Made by a program: the position numbers and the translations under genes. A stretch of 64,000 bases of DNA. It comes from Coriobacteriia bacterium. GTDB lineage: Bacteria; Actinomycetota; Coriobacteriia; Anaerosomatales; PHET01. This document shows positions 1-11,805 of the stretch, piece by piece. Positions within the stretch are counted from its first letter, which is position 1. Each line of letters opens with the position of its first letter. The stretch is from the NCBI GenBank assembly GCA_034370385.1, contig JAXMKZ010000044.1, positions 44,562 to 108,561 on the forward strand. Direction: 5' to 3'. Below the pieces are notes generated by a model. The model ran no database searches. It was not told where the DNA came from and saw only the letters and a list, made by a program, of their open reading frames with translations.

Positions 1-186
1 CTCTCACTGTTCGCGCGTCTGGCGGTTGCGACGGTGCTCCTTTGGGCCTACAAGCAGGCCGCTCCTACCGGTTTTCGACCCTTCGCGTTGGCATTCGCGG
101 GGGGTTTTCTCGTCTTGTACACCGTCGAGCTGGTCCGCTACGCGCGCTTGACCAAGGTGCGCAGACCTGCCGGCATAGATCGATAG
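1..186 (+). CDS. 5'-truncated small hydrophobic protein directly upstream of atpB (possibly AtpI-type ATP synthase accessory protein)
   Basis: Frame 1 is open from the window edge to TAG 184-186. My translation ...LFARLAVATVLLWAYKQAAPTGFRPFALAFAGGFLVLYTVELVRYARL... looks membrane-like. The AtpI assignment is positional inference only. Confidence 0.35.
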   Translation, partial: LSLFARLAVATVLLWAYKQAAPTGFRPFALAFAGGFLVLYTVELVRYARLTKVRRPAGIDR

Positions 187-201
187 GAGGGAGTCGCAGG
201 A

Positions 202-1065
202 GTGTCCAGTCCAATGGAAATGCTGCCGGAGAAACTCGAAGAGCTCATACACGAGCTAGCTGTGCTTCCGTACGACGACATGCACGCCGCCAGCGCCAGC
301 GTTCAGCCCTGGGAACTCACGAACTACGTGGTTTGGGGAATCGTCGCGCTCGTGGTCATCGTCACGCTGTTCGTCATCGTGGCGAATCGGGAGAAGAAAC
401 AGATCGTGCTTGCGGGCGGTGACGTCGGCTCATTGGCGCCGGCGAACCGACTGGTCGGAATGCTCGAATCGGGTGTCGAGTTCATCCGCAACATGGCAAT
501 CGATGTCATCGGCCAGAAGGATGGCCCGAAGTACGTGCCGCTGCTCGGCACCTTCTTCTTCCTCATCCTCACGTCGAACATGCTCGGACTTATCCCCGGA
601 GGAAAGGCGATCGGCGGCGCGATGGGCGGGGCAACGGCTCTCGCGCTCATCAGCTGGCTCGCCTTCGTGTGGGTCGGCTTCACCAAGAACGGCTTCATGG
701 GCTACATGAAGAGCCTGATTCCGTCAGGCGTTCGCGAGATGCCGCTTGCGGCGCGCATCGGCCTGGGTGGCTTCATCTTCTTGCTCGAGTTCCTGTCGAC
801 CTTCATCATCCGACCGCTCACGCTGTCGGTCCGACTCTTTGCCAACCTATACGCCGGACATATCATCCTCGGTGTCTTCTCGACGTTCGTGGTGATCTTC
901 ACGCAAAAGATCGGGGTCGGCGGGCTTGCGGTAGGCAGCGTGTCGCTCCTCTTCCTGGTCATCATGTATGCGTTCGAGTTGTTCGTCGCCTTCATTCAGG
1001 CGTATGTGTTCACGATTCTGACTGCGGTCTACATCCAGAGTTCGGTTCACGCATCAGAGCACTAG
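202..1065 (+). CDS. atpB: F0F1 ATP synthase subunit a
   Basis: ORF track, 287 aa, polytopic. Contains LSVRLFANLYAGHIIL with the conserved a-subunit Arg. GTG start follows GGAGGGAG. First gene of the canonical atpBEFHAGDC order. Confidence 0.95.
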   Translation: MSSPMEMLPEKLEELIHELAVLPYDDMHAASASVQPWELTNYVVWGIVALVVIVTLFVIVANREKKQIVLAGGDVGSLAPANRLVGMLESGVEFIRNMAIDVIGQKDGPKYVPLLGTFFFLILTSNMLGLIPGGKAIGGAMGGATALALISWLAFVWVGFTKNGFMGYMKSLIPSGVREMPLAARIGLGGFIFLLEFLSTFIIRPLTLSVRLFANLYAGHIILGVFSTFVVIFTQKIGVGGLAVGSVSLLFLVIMYAFELFVAFIQAYVFTILTAVYIQSSVHASEH

Positions 1066-1112
1066 TCGGTATCACGGCGCTCCGCCACCTGGGCGGGCCG
1101 CTTGAGAAGTAA

Positions 1113-1400
<288 letters not shown>

Positions 1401-1443
1401 GCAAGAGCCTGTAGGAACCACACCTAAGGACGGAGGTCACGAA

Positions 1444-2013
1444 GTGTACGAACTGCTGTTTCCGGCGGCCGCCTTTGCCGCTGAAGGTGGAGGCGAAGGG
1501 ATGGTGGCCACACTCGGTTCGGTCTACCCGAACCCGGCCACGATATGGCCGACGTGGGTCGCGTTCATAATCCTGTTCGCGCTGCTCTACAAGTTCGCGT
1601 TTCCCGCGATCTTCGGCATGCTCGACGCTCGAGCCGACCGCATCCGTGAGTCTCTTGAGAAGGCTGAAGAGACCAAGATCGAGGCGGAGCGTCTGCTCGA
1701 GGACTACAAGAAGCAGATGGCCGAGGCTCGCGGCGAAGCGGCCAAGGTCATCGAGCAGGGTCGCAAGGTCGCCGACTCGATGAAGGAAGAGATCATCGCG
1801 AAGGCCAACGAAGAGGCCACCCTGCTCATAGCCAAGGCCCATGAGGCCATGGAAGCTGAGAAGCGTGCCGCGATCGCCGAGCTCCAGGGCGAGGTCGCCC
1901 AGCTCTCTGTCGCTGTCGCGGGCAAGCTGATCGGCGAGAAGCTCTCCGCCGACGACCACGCTCGTCTCATCGAGCAGTACGTCGCAGAGGTGGGCGGGCT
2001 GAATGACAACTAG
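1444..2013 (+). CDS. atpF: F0F1 ATP synthase subunit b
   Basis: Frame of ORF 1237-2013. One N-terminal TM segment (WPTWVAFIILFALLYKFAF), then a long charged coiled coil (RIRESLEKAEETKIEAERLLEDYKKQ...). Start is GTG 1444 (after GGACGGAGG) or ATG 1501. Confidence 0.85.
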   Translation: MYELLFPAAAFAAEGGGEGMVATLGSVYPNPATIWPTWVAFIILFALLYKFAFPAIFGMLDARADRIRESLEKAEETKIEAERLLEDYKKQMAEARGEAAKVIEQGRKVADSMKEEIIAKANEEATLLIAKAHEAMEAEKRAAIAELQGEVAQLSVAVAGKLIGEKLSADDHARLIEQYVAEVGGLNDN

Positions 2014-2560
2014 CGAGAGCATCGGGACCTACGCCAGGGTCCTCTTCGAGCTCGCCAGCGCTGCCGATGCAGTCGACGCCGTAGGCGCCGGTATGCAGAC
2101 GATCGTTGATACGGTCGTGGGCAGCGTTGAGCTGCGGGATGCGCTCGCCGACGAGTCCATCACGCCCGAGAAGAAGCGCGGCATCGTGAGCGACGTCTTC
2201 TCCGGGTCGGTGGCACCAGAGGCAGTCGCAATCGCTGCCGTAGCGATAGAGCGGGGCCTTGGCGGGTCACTGGGCGCGATCTTTGCGCGCTTCGGCGAGA
2301 TCGCTGAAGCGCAGCGTGGCATCGTCGTCGCGGAAGTGACCACGGCCATACCGCTCACCGACGCGCTTCGCGCGTCGCTCACCGAGAAGCTCGCCGCAGC
2401 TCTCGGCCGCCCCGTCGCGCTGCGAGAGCGCGTTGACGAGGCGATTCTCGGTGGTATCCGCATCAACGTCGCCGGGCGCGTGCTCGACGGGAGCCTGTCC
2501 TCACAGCTCGACGCGATGCGCGCCACGCTTTCGAACGCATCGCAGGGAGGTGAGGCGTAA
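2003..2560 (+). CDS. atpH: F0F1 ATP synthase subunit delta (OSCP)
   Basis: 185-aa ORF between atpF and atpA. Has the N-terminal YARVLFELA and C-terminal ILGGIRINVAGRVLDGSLSSQL pattern typical of delta subunits. Overlaps the atpF stop by 11 nt. Confidence 0.85.
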   Translation: MTTSESIGTYARVLFELASAADAVDAVGAGMQTIVDTVVGSVELRDALADESITPEKKRGIVSDVFSGSVAPEAVAIAAVAIERGLGGSLGAIFARFGEIAEAQRGIVVAEVTTAIPLTDALRASLTEKLAAALGRPVALRERVDEAILGGIRINVAGRVLDGSLSSQLDAMRATLSNASQGGEA

Positions 2561-4126
2561 GTGACTCAGATCAGCGCAAGCTCCATCAACGAGGTGCTCA
2601 AGCGGCAGCTCGAGTCTTTCAAGCCCGAGGTCGACGTCCGCGAGGTGGGAACCGTCATGCAGCTCGGTGACGGTATCGCTCGCTGTGACGGCCTGAAGGG
2701 CGCCATGGCCGGCGAGCTCCTCGAGTTCGTGGGCGAGGGAGGCCATTCCGTGTTGGGCATGGCTCTCAACCTCGATGAGGAAGAAGTCGGCGCGGTCATC
2801 ATGGGCGAGTACTCGGCCATCAAGGAGAACGACACGGTCCGCACGACGGGACGCGTCGTGGAGGTACCCTCGGGTCCCGCGCTCCTCGGCCGAATCGTCA
2901 ACCCGCTGGGACAGCCGCTCGATGGCAAGGGTGCCATTCAGGCTGAAGGGTATCGCCCCGTCGAGTTCCGTGCGCCCGGAGTCATCGAGCGCAAGCCGGT
3001 CCACGAGCCCATGCAGACGGGCATCATGGCCATCGACGCGATGATTCCTGTCGGTCGCGGCCAGCGTGAGCTCATCATCGGCGACCGCCAGACCGGCAAG
3101 ACCGCCGTCGCGGTCGACACGATCATCAACCAGAAGGGCAAGGGCGTCATCTGCGTGTACGTCGCGATCGGGCAGAAGGCCTCGACCGTCGCCGGACTCG
3201 TGCAGACGCTGGAGCAGTACGGCGCGATGGAGTACACCATCATCGTCGCCGCCAACGCTTCGGACCCGGCTCCGATGCAGTACATCGCTCCCATGGGCGG
3301 ATGTGCCATGGGCGAGTACTTCATGTACAACGGTGCCGACGGCCAGCCGGCCAGCGAGTCCAACCCGGGCCGCCACGTCCTGTGCATCTACGACGACCTC
3401 TCCAAGCAGGCTGTCGCCTACCGCCAGATGTCTCTGACGCTGCGCCGCCCGCCGGGCCGCGAAGCTTATCCCGGCGACGTCTTCTACCTGCACAGCCGTC
3501 TACTGGAGCGCGCAGTCAAGCTCTCTGACGCCAACGGCGCCGGGTCGCTCACGGCGCTGCCGGTCATCGAGACGCAGGCCGGCGACGTGTCGGCCTACAT
3601 CCCGACCAACGTCATCTCCATCACCGATGGTCAGATGTTCCTGCAGTCCGACCTGTTCTACCAGGGAGTTCGTCCCGCCATCAACGTGGGTATCTCGGTC
3701 TCTCGAGTCGGTGGAAACGCGCAGATCAAGGCGATGAAGCAGGTCGCAGGCTCGATGCGACTCGACCTCGCGCAGTACCGCGAGCTCGCGGCGTTCGCGC
3801 AGTTCGGAAGCGACCTGGACAAGTCGACCCAGCAGACGCTGGCCCGTGGTGCTCGCCTCGTCGAGCTGCTCAAGCAGGGGCAGTACGCCCCGTACACGGT
3901 CGAGCGTCAGGTCATGGCGATCTTCTCCGGCTCAAAGGGCTTCCTCGATGATCTGCCTGTTGAGAACGTTCAGGCCTTCAGGGACGGTTTCCTGGAGTTC
4001 GTCGAAAGCGCGTATCCCGAGATCGGCAAGGCCATCGCCTCTGAGAAGGTCCTCTCCGACGAGACCGCTGAGAACCTCAGCAAAGCGCTCACGGAGTACA
4101 AGGCCCAGTTCACGGCCGAAGGCTAG
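2561..4126 (+). CDS. atpA: F0F1 ATP synthase subunit alpha
   Basis: 521 aa. Walker A GDRQTGKT. Also [26 protein letters not shown] and ITDGQMFL motifs. Confidence 0.98.
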   Translation: MTQISASSINEVLKRQLESFKPEVDVREVGTVMQLGDGIARCDGLKGAMAGELLEFVGEGGHSVLGMALNLDEEEVGAVIMGEYSAIKENDTVRTTGRVVEVPSGPALLGRIVNPLGQPLDGKGAIQAEGYRPVEFRAPGVIERKPVHEPMQTGIMAIDAMIPVGRGQRELIIGDRQTGKTAVAVDTIINQKGKGVICVYVAIGQKASTVAGLVQTLEQYGAMEYTIIVAANASDPAPMQYIAPMGGCAMGEYFMYNGADGQPASESNPGRHVLCIYDDLSKQAVAYRQMSLTLRRPPGREAYPGDVFYLHSRLLERAVKLSDANGAGSLTALPVIETQAGDVSAYIPTNVISITDGQMFLQSDLFYQGVRPAINVGISVSRVGGNAQIKAMKQVAGSMRLDLAQYRELAAFAQFGSDLDKSTQQTLARGARLVELLKQGQYAPYTVERQVMAIFSGSKGFLDDLPVENVQAFRDGFLEFVESAYPEIGKAIASEKVLSDETAENLSKALTEYKAQFTAEG

Positions 4127-4139
4127 GGGATACGTACCG

Positions 4140-5021
4140 ATGGCGAACCTTCGAGACATCAAGAAGCGGATCACGAGCGTCAACAGCACGCGGCAGATCA
4201 CGCGGACGATGGAAATGGTCTCGACGGCCAAGATCAAGAAGGCGCAGGAGCGCATCGAGGCGGCGCGTCCGTACGCGCTCGCTATGATGGAGCTGCTCGG
4301 CAACGTGACTCGATACGCAAGCGGTGCGCAGCACCCGTTGCTCGAGATTCGTGAAGAGCGACGCCGCGTAGTGGCCATCTCGGTCACATCCGACCGTGGA
4401 CTGGCCGGCGCCTTCAACAGCAACATCCTGAAGCTCACCGAAGAGTATCTGCGCGATGCAGCAGCATCGGGCAGCCAGGTCGATCTGGTCACCGTCGGCA
4501 AGAAGGCGGCGTCATACTTCCTCTATCGAGGAGTCACGCCGATCGCGCAGTACCGCGATATCTCCAGCAAGCCGACGTTCGCCGATGCAAAGGCCATCGC
4601 GAACCAGGTCATCCGGGCCTACTCGGATGCCGAGATCGACGAGGTCGTCGTGCTCTTCAACCGGTTCGTGAACGTCGCGGACCAGTCACCCGAGCTTCAC
4701 AAGCTGCTGCCGATCTCGAGCACCGTGCTCGAGGACGCGGCGGAAAAGTCGGATGTTTCGGCGGAGTACCTCTTCGAGCCCGGGCCTGAAGATGTCTTGG
4801 GCGACCTGCTCCCGTCGTATGTCGAGGCTCTCATCTTCCGCGCCCTCATGGAGTCTGCAGCCGCCGAGCACGGTGCGCGCCGCAAGGCCATGAAGTCGGC
4901 TACCGACAACGCATCGGAGATGATCGTGACACTTACCCGGACCTATAACCGGGCACGCCAGGCGGCGATCACCACCGAGATCTCCGAGATCATCGGCGGC
5001 GCAGCCGCACTGGAGGATTAG
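4140..5021 (+). CDS. atpG: F0F1 ATP synthase subunit gamma
   Basis: Frame of ORF 3846-5021. The real start is ATG 4140 (MANLRDIKKRITSVNSTRQITRTMEMVSTAKIKKAQ...). C-terminal ITTEISEIIGGAAALED. The upstream part of the ORF overlaps atpA and is Arg/Ser-rich nonsense. Confidence 0.95.
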   Translation: MANLRDIKKRITSVNSTRQITRTMEMVSTAKIKKAQERIEAARPYALAMMELLGNVTRYASGAQHPLLEIREERRRVVAISVTSDRGLAGAFNSNILKLTEEYLRDAAASGSQVDLVTVGKKAASYFLYRGVTPIAQYRDISSKPTFADAKAIANQVIRAYSDAEIDEVVVLFNRFVNVADQSPELHKLLPISSTVLEDAAEKSDVSAEYLFEPGPEDVLGDLLPSYVEALIFRALMESAAAEHGARRKAMKSATDNASEMIVTLTRTYNRARQAAITTEISEIIGGAAALED

Positions 5022-6455
<1,434 letters not shown>

Positions 6456-6461
6456 AAGCCC

Positions 6462-6887
6462 ATGGCCAGAACCCTACTGTGTGAGATCGTCACTCCTGAG
6501 AGCATCGTCTACAACGCTGAGGTCCAGATGGTCGTCGCTATGACGAGCATGGGTGAAGTCGGCATCTTGCCGCTGCACTCTCCTCTGGTGACGGTGCTGG
6601 CGCTTGGTGAGTTGCGACTCAAGATCGGTGCGGCCGCTGCGGACTGGGAGTACTTTGCCATCTCCGGTGGCTACATGCAGGTGCATGAGGACAAGGTCAT
6701 CGTGCTTGCCGACGATGCTGTGGCCGTGTCGCAGATCGATGGCGACCGAGCGGCTGAGTCGCGCGAGCGCGTGCGGGATCAGATGGCGCAGCTGCCGCCG
6801 GATGCCACTGACGAGATCGCTCAGTGCGAGCGCGATCTGATGTGGTGCGAGATGCAGCTGGAAGCAGCGGGCAAGCGCCGCTCGTAG
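6462..6887 (+). CDS. atpC: F0F1 ATP synthase subunit epsilon
   Basis: 141 aa, last gene of the operon. N-terminal beta-sandwich pattern (LCEIVTPESIVYNAEVQMVV...GEVGILPLHSPLVTVL) followed by a helical C-terminus. Confidence 0.9.
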   Translation: MARTLLCEIVTPESIVYNAEVQMVVAMTSMGEVGILPLHSPLVTVLALGELRLKIGAAAADWEYFAISGGYMQVHEDKVIVLADDAVAVSQIDGDRAAESRERVRDQMAQLPPDATDEIAQCERDLMWCEMQLEAAGKRRS

Positions 6888-6918
6888 GCGCTCTCAGCAC
6901 TTCTGGATAACTGACGAA

Positions 6919-6952
6919 CGAAGGGTGGCCCGCGAAAGCGAGCCACCCTTCG
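6919..6952 (+). terminator. Stem-loop after atpC (terminator-like, no U-tract)
   Basis: CGAAGGGTGGC (6919-6929) pairs perfectly with GCCACCCTTCG (6942-6952). It lies 32 nt after the atpC stop. Confidence 0.5.
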
Positions 6953-7019
6953 CGCTACCGGGGATCTTCGAACTCCACGGACTGGTGACGGCTTGCGGTG
7001 CGTGGACTGAGCCTGCGGT

Positions 7020-8315
7020 ATGCTTGCGCGCATGGAATCTATCATCGTGTGCGGCGGACGGCGGCTGAGCGGAGAGGTCGCCGTCGAAGGGGCGAAGAAC
7101 TCCGCCCTCAAACTCATGGCTGCGTCTCTCATGGTCGACGGGGTCACCCGGCTCACCAACGTACCCGAGATCTCGGACGTGGACATAATGGCGGAGGTCC
7201 TTGTGCGCCTGGGTGCCTCCGTCGAGCGCTCTGACCATGCCCTCCAGATCGATGCGACCACGCTCACGAGCCACGAGGCTCCCTACGAGCTCGTGGCGAT
7301 GATGCGCGCATCCACGGCGGTGCTGGGACCACTCCTCGCGCGCCTTGGCCTGGCCCGAGTCGCCCTGCCCGGCGGCTGCAACATCGGTTCGCGAAAGATC
7401 GACATGCACATGCACGGACTGGAGGCGCTCGGCGTGGTGATGGAGCTTGCGCACGGCTACATCAGTGCCTCCGTGCCCGAAACGGGGCTGCAAGGTGCCC
7501 ATACGATTCTCGACTTTCCTAGTGTCGGTGCGACCGAGAACCTGCTGATGGCCGCGGTGACGGCGTCGGGTACGACCATCATCGAGAACGCGGCCCGTGA
7601 GCCCGAGATCGGCGATCTGGCTGACTTTCTCGTCTCGATGGGCGCCCGGATCACCGGGATCGGGTCTTCGGTGCTCACGGTCGAGGGCGTGGACGTGCTC
7701 TCGCCCGTCGAACACAGGGTCGTGGGCGACCGGATCGAGGCGGGGACGTTTTTGGTCGCCGGGGCGATGACGGGCGGTCCCGTCACCGTCACGGGATTCG
7801 ATCCCGCTCATCTTGAGATCGTGCTGCGTAAGCTCGTGGAATGTGGCTGCGATCTGGATGTGGGTGTCGATCGGGTCACGGTGAGCCGGACGGGACCCGT
7901 GCGCTCCGTCGAGGTGCAGACACTCCCGTTCCCCGGCTTTCCCACCGACATGCAAGCGCAGTTCATGGCCATGCTGACGGTGGCCCAAGGCGGGGCCATC
8001 ATCACCGAGAACGTGTTCGAGAACCGGTTCATGTGTGCGGGTGAGCTGGGTCGAATGGGCGCGGACATCCGCATCGAGGGGCATCACGCGCTCGTCAAGG
8101 GAGTCGATGAGCTCTCGGGGGCCCCTGTGAAGAGTACTGACCTACGAGGCGGGGCTGCGCTGGTTCTAGCGGGCCTCATAGCGCAGGGCGAAACAGTCGT
8201 GACCGAGATCGAACACATCGACCGAGGCTACGAGCGCTTCTGTGACAAGCTGGCCGCGCTGGGCGCCAACATCATGCGACGCTCGGACGTGACCGACTTC
8301 GACGGGGCCTGCTGA
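7020..8315 (+). CDS. murA: UDP-N-acetylglucosamine 1-carboxyvinyltransferase
   Basis: 431 aa. Motifs [28 protein letters not shown] (catalytic Cys loop) and [15 protein letters not shown]. The start may instead be ATG 7032 (MESIIV...). Confidence 0.95.
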   Translation: MLARMESIIVCGGRRLSGEVAVEGAKNSALKLMAASLMVDGVTRLTNVPEISDVDIMAEVLVRLGASVERSDHALQIDATTLTSHEAPYELVAMMRASTAVLGPLLARLGLARVALPGGCNIGSRKIDMHMHGLEALGVVMELAHGYISASVPETGLQGAHTILDFPSVGATENLLMAAVTASGTTIIENAAREPEIGDLADFLVSMGARITGIGSSVLTVEGVDVLSPVEHRVVGDRIEAGTFLVAGAMTGGPVTVTGFDPAHLEIVLRKLVECGCDLDVGVDRVTVSRTGPVRSVEVQTLPFPGFPTDMQAQFMAMLTVAQGGAIITENVFENRFMCAGELGRMGADIRIEGHHALVKGVDELSGAPVKSTDLRGGAALVLAGLIAQGETVVTEIEHIDRGYERFCDKLAALGANIMRRSDVTDFDGAC

Positions 8316-8362
8316 TTCGGACCCCCCTTTTTGGCATCCAGCCAACGGCAAGGAGGATCGAC

Positions 8363-8785
8363 ATGCTCGACCGCACTGCGATTGAGGCCATCATTCCTCA
8401 CAGGGACCCGTTCTTGTTGCTCGACCGGGTTGAGGAGTACGTGCCCGGCGAAAGCGCCGTGGGCTATCTGGAGGTCCGTGAGGCGATGTTCTGGGTGCCC
8501 GGTCACTTCCCGGCCTACGCGGTGATGCCCGGCGTCCTGATAGTGGAGGCGCTCGCGCAGGCCGGTGCGGTCGCGCTGCTGTCGATGCCCGAGAATCAGG
8601 GACGGCTGGCGTTCTTCGCCGGCATCGACAAAGTGCGCTTCAAGCGCCAAGTCGTGCCGGGCGAGACGCTTCGGCTGGAGTGTCGCATCGTCCGCTCGCG
8701 CGGTCCGATCGGCTTCGGCGAGGCCGTCGCGACTGTCGAGGGAGAACTCGCCGTGTCGGGCGAGTTGATGTTCGCGGTAAAATAG
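8363..8785 (+). CDS. fabZ: 3-hydroxyacyl-ACP dehydratase
   Basis: 140 aa. [36 protein letters not shown] and [19 protein letters not shown] hot-dog signature. Confidence 0.93.
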   Translation: MLDRTAIEAIIPHRDPFLLLDRVEEYVPGESAVGYLEVREAMFWVPGHFPAYAVMPGVLIVEALAQAGAVALLSMPENQGRLAFFAGIDKVRFKRQVVPGETLRLECRIVRSRGPIGFGEAVATVEGELAVSGELMFAVK

Positions 8786-8846
8786 CTGGTCGCAAGGGAG
8801 CGGGCTGGCTCGGGCGCTTCGAAGTCGGACGCAAGGCGGGAGACGA

Positions 8847-10142
8847 ATGGGACTCAGAGAGCGCTTGAACGACGGGACGGCTGTGTACGGTGTGGTCGGC
8901 CTGGGCTACGTGGGGCTTCCTCTTGCCGTGGAGATGGCCAAGGAGGGGCACCGCGTCATCGGGCTCGAGGTCAACGATGCGAAGGTCGCCCGGGTCAACG
9001 CCGGCGACAGCTACATCCCGGACGTGCCTACCGAAGAGCTTGCAGCGCTGGTCCAAACGGGCCTGATCACTGCGACGACCGACTTCTCGCGCGCGGCGGA
9101 GTGTGACGCGATCGCCATCTGCGTCCCTACGCCGCTCAACAAGATGAAGGAGCCCGACGTCAGCTACATGGTGGCTGCTACCGAGGCGATCGCACCCCAT
9201 CTGCACTCCGACATGCTCGTGACGCTCGAGTCCACCACGTATCCGGGCACCACTGAGGAGATCGTGCAGCCGATCGTGGAGTCGGGCGGCCTGAAGGTCG
9301 GAGGGGATATCTACCTCGCCTTCTCGCCCGAACGCGTCGATCCCGGCAACCCCGTGTACCAGACGAAGAACACGCCCAAGGTTGTTGGAGGGGTCACGTC
9401 GGAGTGCACTGAGGTCGCCGCTGCGTTCTACGGCACGTTCCTCGACAGTATCGTGACGGTCTCCACCACGCGCGCGGCCGAGATGACGAAGCTGCTGGAG
9501 AACATCTTCCGCTGCGTGAACATCGCGCTCGTCAACGAGCTGCTCATGCTGTGCGAGCGCATGGACGTCAACATCTGGGAGGTGGTGGACGCGGCCCGGA
9601 CCAAGCCGTTCGGATTCATGCCGTTCTACCCGGGGCCCGGCCTCGGGGGGCACTGCATCCCCATCGACCCGTTCTATCTATCCTGGAAAGCGCGCGAGTA
9701 CGACTTTCACACGGAGTTCATCGAACTTGCCGGCAAGGTCAACGAGAACATGCCGTACTACGTCGTGACGCGGCTCATGAGCGCGCTCAACAGCCGGCGC
9801 AAGTCGCTTGCCGGCAGTCGCATCCTCGTGCTGGGCGTAGCCTACAAAAGCGACATCGACGATATGCGCGAGAGTCCCGCCATCAAGATCATCGAGCGCC
9901 TCATCGAGAACGATGCCGAAGTCGTCTATCACGACCCGTGGGTAGCTGAGTACAACGAGGGTGGGCGTGCGGTGCCCTTCGTCGAACTCACCGACGACGA
10001 GGTGTCCCGAGCCGATGCCGTGCTGGTCGTGACGGGCCACCGCAACGTGGATTACGACCTCGTCGTGCGGTCGGCGGACCTCGTTCTCGACACGCGTGAT
10101 GCTCTCAATCGATTCGATTCTGAGAATGTCGTACGGTTGTGA
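8847..10142 (+). CDS. Nucleotide-sugar dehydrogenase (UDP-GlcNAc/UDP-ManNAc 6-dehydrogenase family)
   Basis: 431 aa. N-terminal Rossmann GVVGLGYVGLPLAVEMA, catalytic GLGGHCIPIDP, C-terminal VLGVAYKSDIDDMRESPA. Substrate specificity is not resolvable from sequence alone. Confidence 0.85.
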   Translation: MGLRERLNDGTAVYGVVGLGYVGLPLAVEMAKEGHRVIGLEVNDAKVARVNAGDSYIPDVPTEELAALVQTGLITATTDFSRAAECDAIAICVPTPLNKMKEPDVSYMVAATEAIAPHLHSDMLVTLESTTYPGTTEEIVQPIVESGGLKVGGDIYLAFSPERVDPGNPVYQTKNTPKVVGGVTSECTEVAAAFYGTFLDSIVTVSTTRAAEMTKLLENIFRCVNIALVNELLMLCERMDVNIWEVVDAARTKPFGFMPFYPGPGLGGHCIPIDPFYLSWKAREYDFHTEFIELAGKVNENMPYYVVTRLMSALNSRRKSLAGSRILVLGVAYKSDIDDMRESPAIKIIERLIENDAEVVYHDPWVAEYNEGGRAVPFVELTDDEVSRADAVLVVTGHRNVDYDLVVRSADLVLDTRDALNRFDSENVVRL

Positions 10143-10237
10143 TGATTGTGCGGTGGCGAGGCCCGCACGCGTGATGATCGGCGTCGAGGCACGTAATCTG
10201 CTACGAGGCAACCGTTCGGGGAGATCCACGGAGGAGC

Positions 10238-11785
10238 ATGGGTAAGCATTCCCACAATCACGGCGGCGGACTGTTTGGTCGTCGCTCCAGTTCGGTGCCC
10301 GGCGGCAAGCCGGTGCGTCGCCGTAAGCCCACGACCGTTTCCGGCGCCCGGGTGCCCGCAGACGTCTCACGTCGGACGGCTCTGCTTGGCGACCGCAAGA
10401 AGCTCTCAGACGCCGCTTCTCGTCGTCATGGACCGCTCGAGTCAGCTCCCGCGCGTCTTCGCGCCGAGAGTGACCGTCGCAGGCAGCGCGCCAAGACCAT
10501 CGCGGCGGTGATCGCAGGTTCTGTCGTGGTGCTTCTTGTGCTGGGGGCCGGAGGCGTGTTCGCCTTTGCCAAGCACATCGAGCGCACCATGCAGCGGACG
10601 GTGCTCCAAGAAGAGAAGCTCGATCTCGATCTGAAGAAGGCGGCTCCCCAGGAGCCCTTCACCATGCTCATTCTGGGCTACGATCGACGACCGCCTGAGA
10701 CCGTGTATCGCTCGGATACGGTCATCTTGGCCAAACTCGACCCCAAGACCAAGCAGATGTGGGTGCTGTCGATTCCCCGTGACACGCGGGTCGAGATCCC
10801 CGGTCACGGCACGCGCAAGATCAACGACGCGTTCGCGCTGGGTGGCGAGGAGCTCGCCGTCGAGACCGTTGAACGATTCACCGGCGTCAAGGTGAACCAC
10901 TACATGGGCGTGAACTTCAAGGGCTTCGAGCGTGCCGTCGACGCGATGGGCGGCGTGTGGGTCGACGTCCCCAACGAGATCGACGACATCAAGGCCGACC
11001 GGAGCCCCGGCCACCGGGCGGCGCACATCGATGCGGGGTACCAGCTCCTCGACGGTGAGCACGCACTCACCTTCGTGAGGACGCGGGACTACCTGGATGC
11101 CGATGTCTCCCGCATGAAGAACCAGCAGACGTTCTTCAAGGCCGTCGCCGATCAGGTGGCGAAGCGAACGAGCCCGACCAAGCTGCCCGGAATCGTTTCG
11201 AAGGTGGCGCCCTTCATCTCCACTGACATGTCCCTGATGGAGATGCTGCGCACGGCCTCGGCGTTGCGCGACGCCGGCAGCCAGCGGGTGTACACCGCCA
11301 CCATCGGCGGCGAATGGAGCTCGCCCTATATCGTCACCGACGAAGAGAACAAAGAGACGCTGCTGGCCAAGTTCGGGGCGGGTGAGCCCTTCGAGAAGCC
11401 CGAGCCCTCCGAGGAGGACAGCGCAACCGCGGATGCGCCCGAGGGAGCCAGCGAGAAGCCCCCGACGCAGCCCAAGGATGTCTCGGTGACCATACGTAAC
11501 GGTGCGGGTATCGCCGGATGTGCCAAACAGGCGTCGTCAGTGCTCAAAGCGCGTGCGTTCGACGTCCGCGACGTGGGCAACGCGGGGCAGTTCGTCTACG
11601 ACAAGACTCTCATCGTCTTCAAGGGTGACCGCGCAGCGGCTGAACTGGTCGCGAGTGTGCTACCCCGAGGTACCAAGATCGTCGAGAGCCGCGGGATGTA
11701 CGCGTACGACTCCGAGATCCTCGTGGTCATCGGCAAGGACTGGGACGTGGCGAAGCTCCCGTTGACGCCGGTGACGACCAACTGA
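10238..11785 (+). CDS. LytR-CpsA-Psr (LCP) family glycopolymer-peptidoglycan ligase with C-terminal LytR_C domain
   Basis: 515 aa. Basic cytoplasmic tail, one TM (IAAVIAGSVVVLLVLGAGGVF), LCP core (FTMLILGYDRR...RSDTVILAKL...LSIPRDT...INDAFALGG...ALTFVRTR). C-terminal module VSVTIRNGAGIAGCA.... Confidence 0.88.
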   Translation: MGKHSHNHGGGLFGRRSSSVPGGKPVRRRKPTTVSGARVPADVSRRTALLGDRKKLSDAASRRHGPLESAPARLRAESDRRRQRAKTIAAVIAGSVVVLLVLGAGGVFAFAKHIERTMQRTVLQEEKLDLDLKKAAPQEPFTMLILGYDRRPPETVYRSDTVILAKLDPKTKQMWVLSIPRDTRVEIPGHGTRKINDAFALGGEELAVETVERFTGVKVNHYMGVNFKGFERAVDAMGGVWVDVPNEIDDIKADRSPGHRAAHIDAGYQLLDGEHALTFVRTRDYLDADVSRMKNQQTFFKAVADQVAKRTSPTKLPGIVSKVAPFISTDMSLMEMLRTASALRDAGSQRVYTATIGGEWSSPYIVTDEENKETLLAKFGAGEPFEKPEPSEEDSATADAPEGASEKPPTQPKDVSVTIRNGAGIAGCAKQASSVLKARAFDVRDVGNAGQFVYDKTLIVFKGDRAAAELVASVLPRGTKIVESRGMYAYDSEILVVIGKDWDVAKLPLTPVTTN

Positions 11786-11805
11786 CCGTCACCGCCTGCG
11801 CGCCG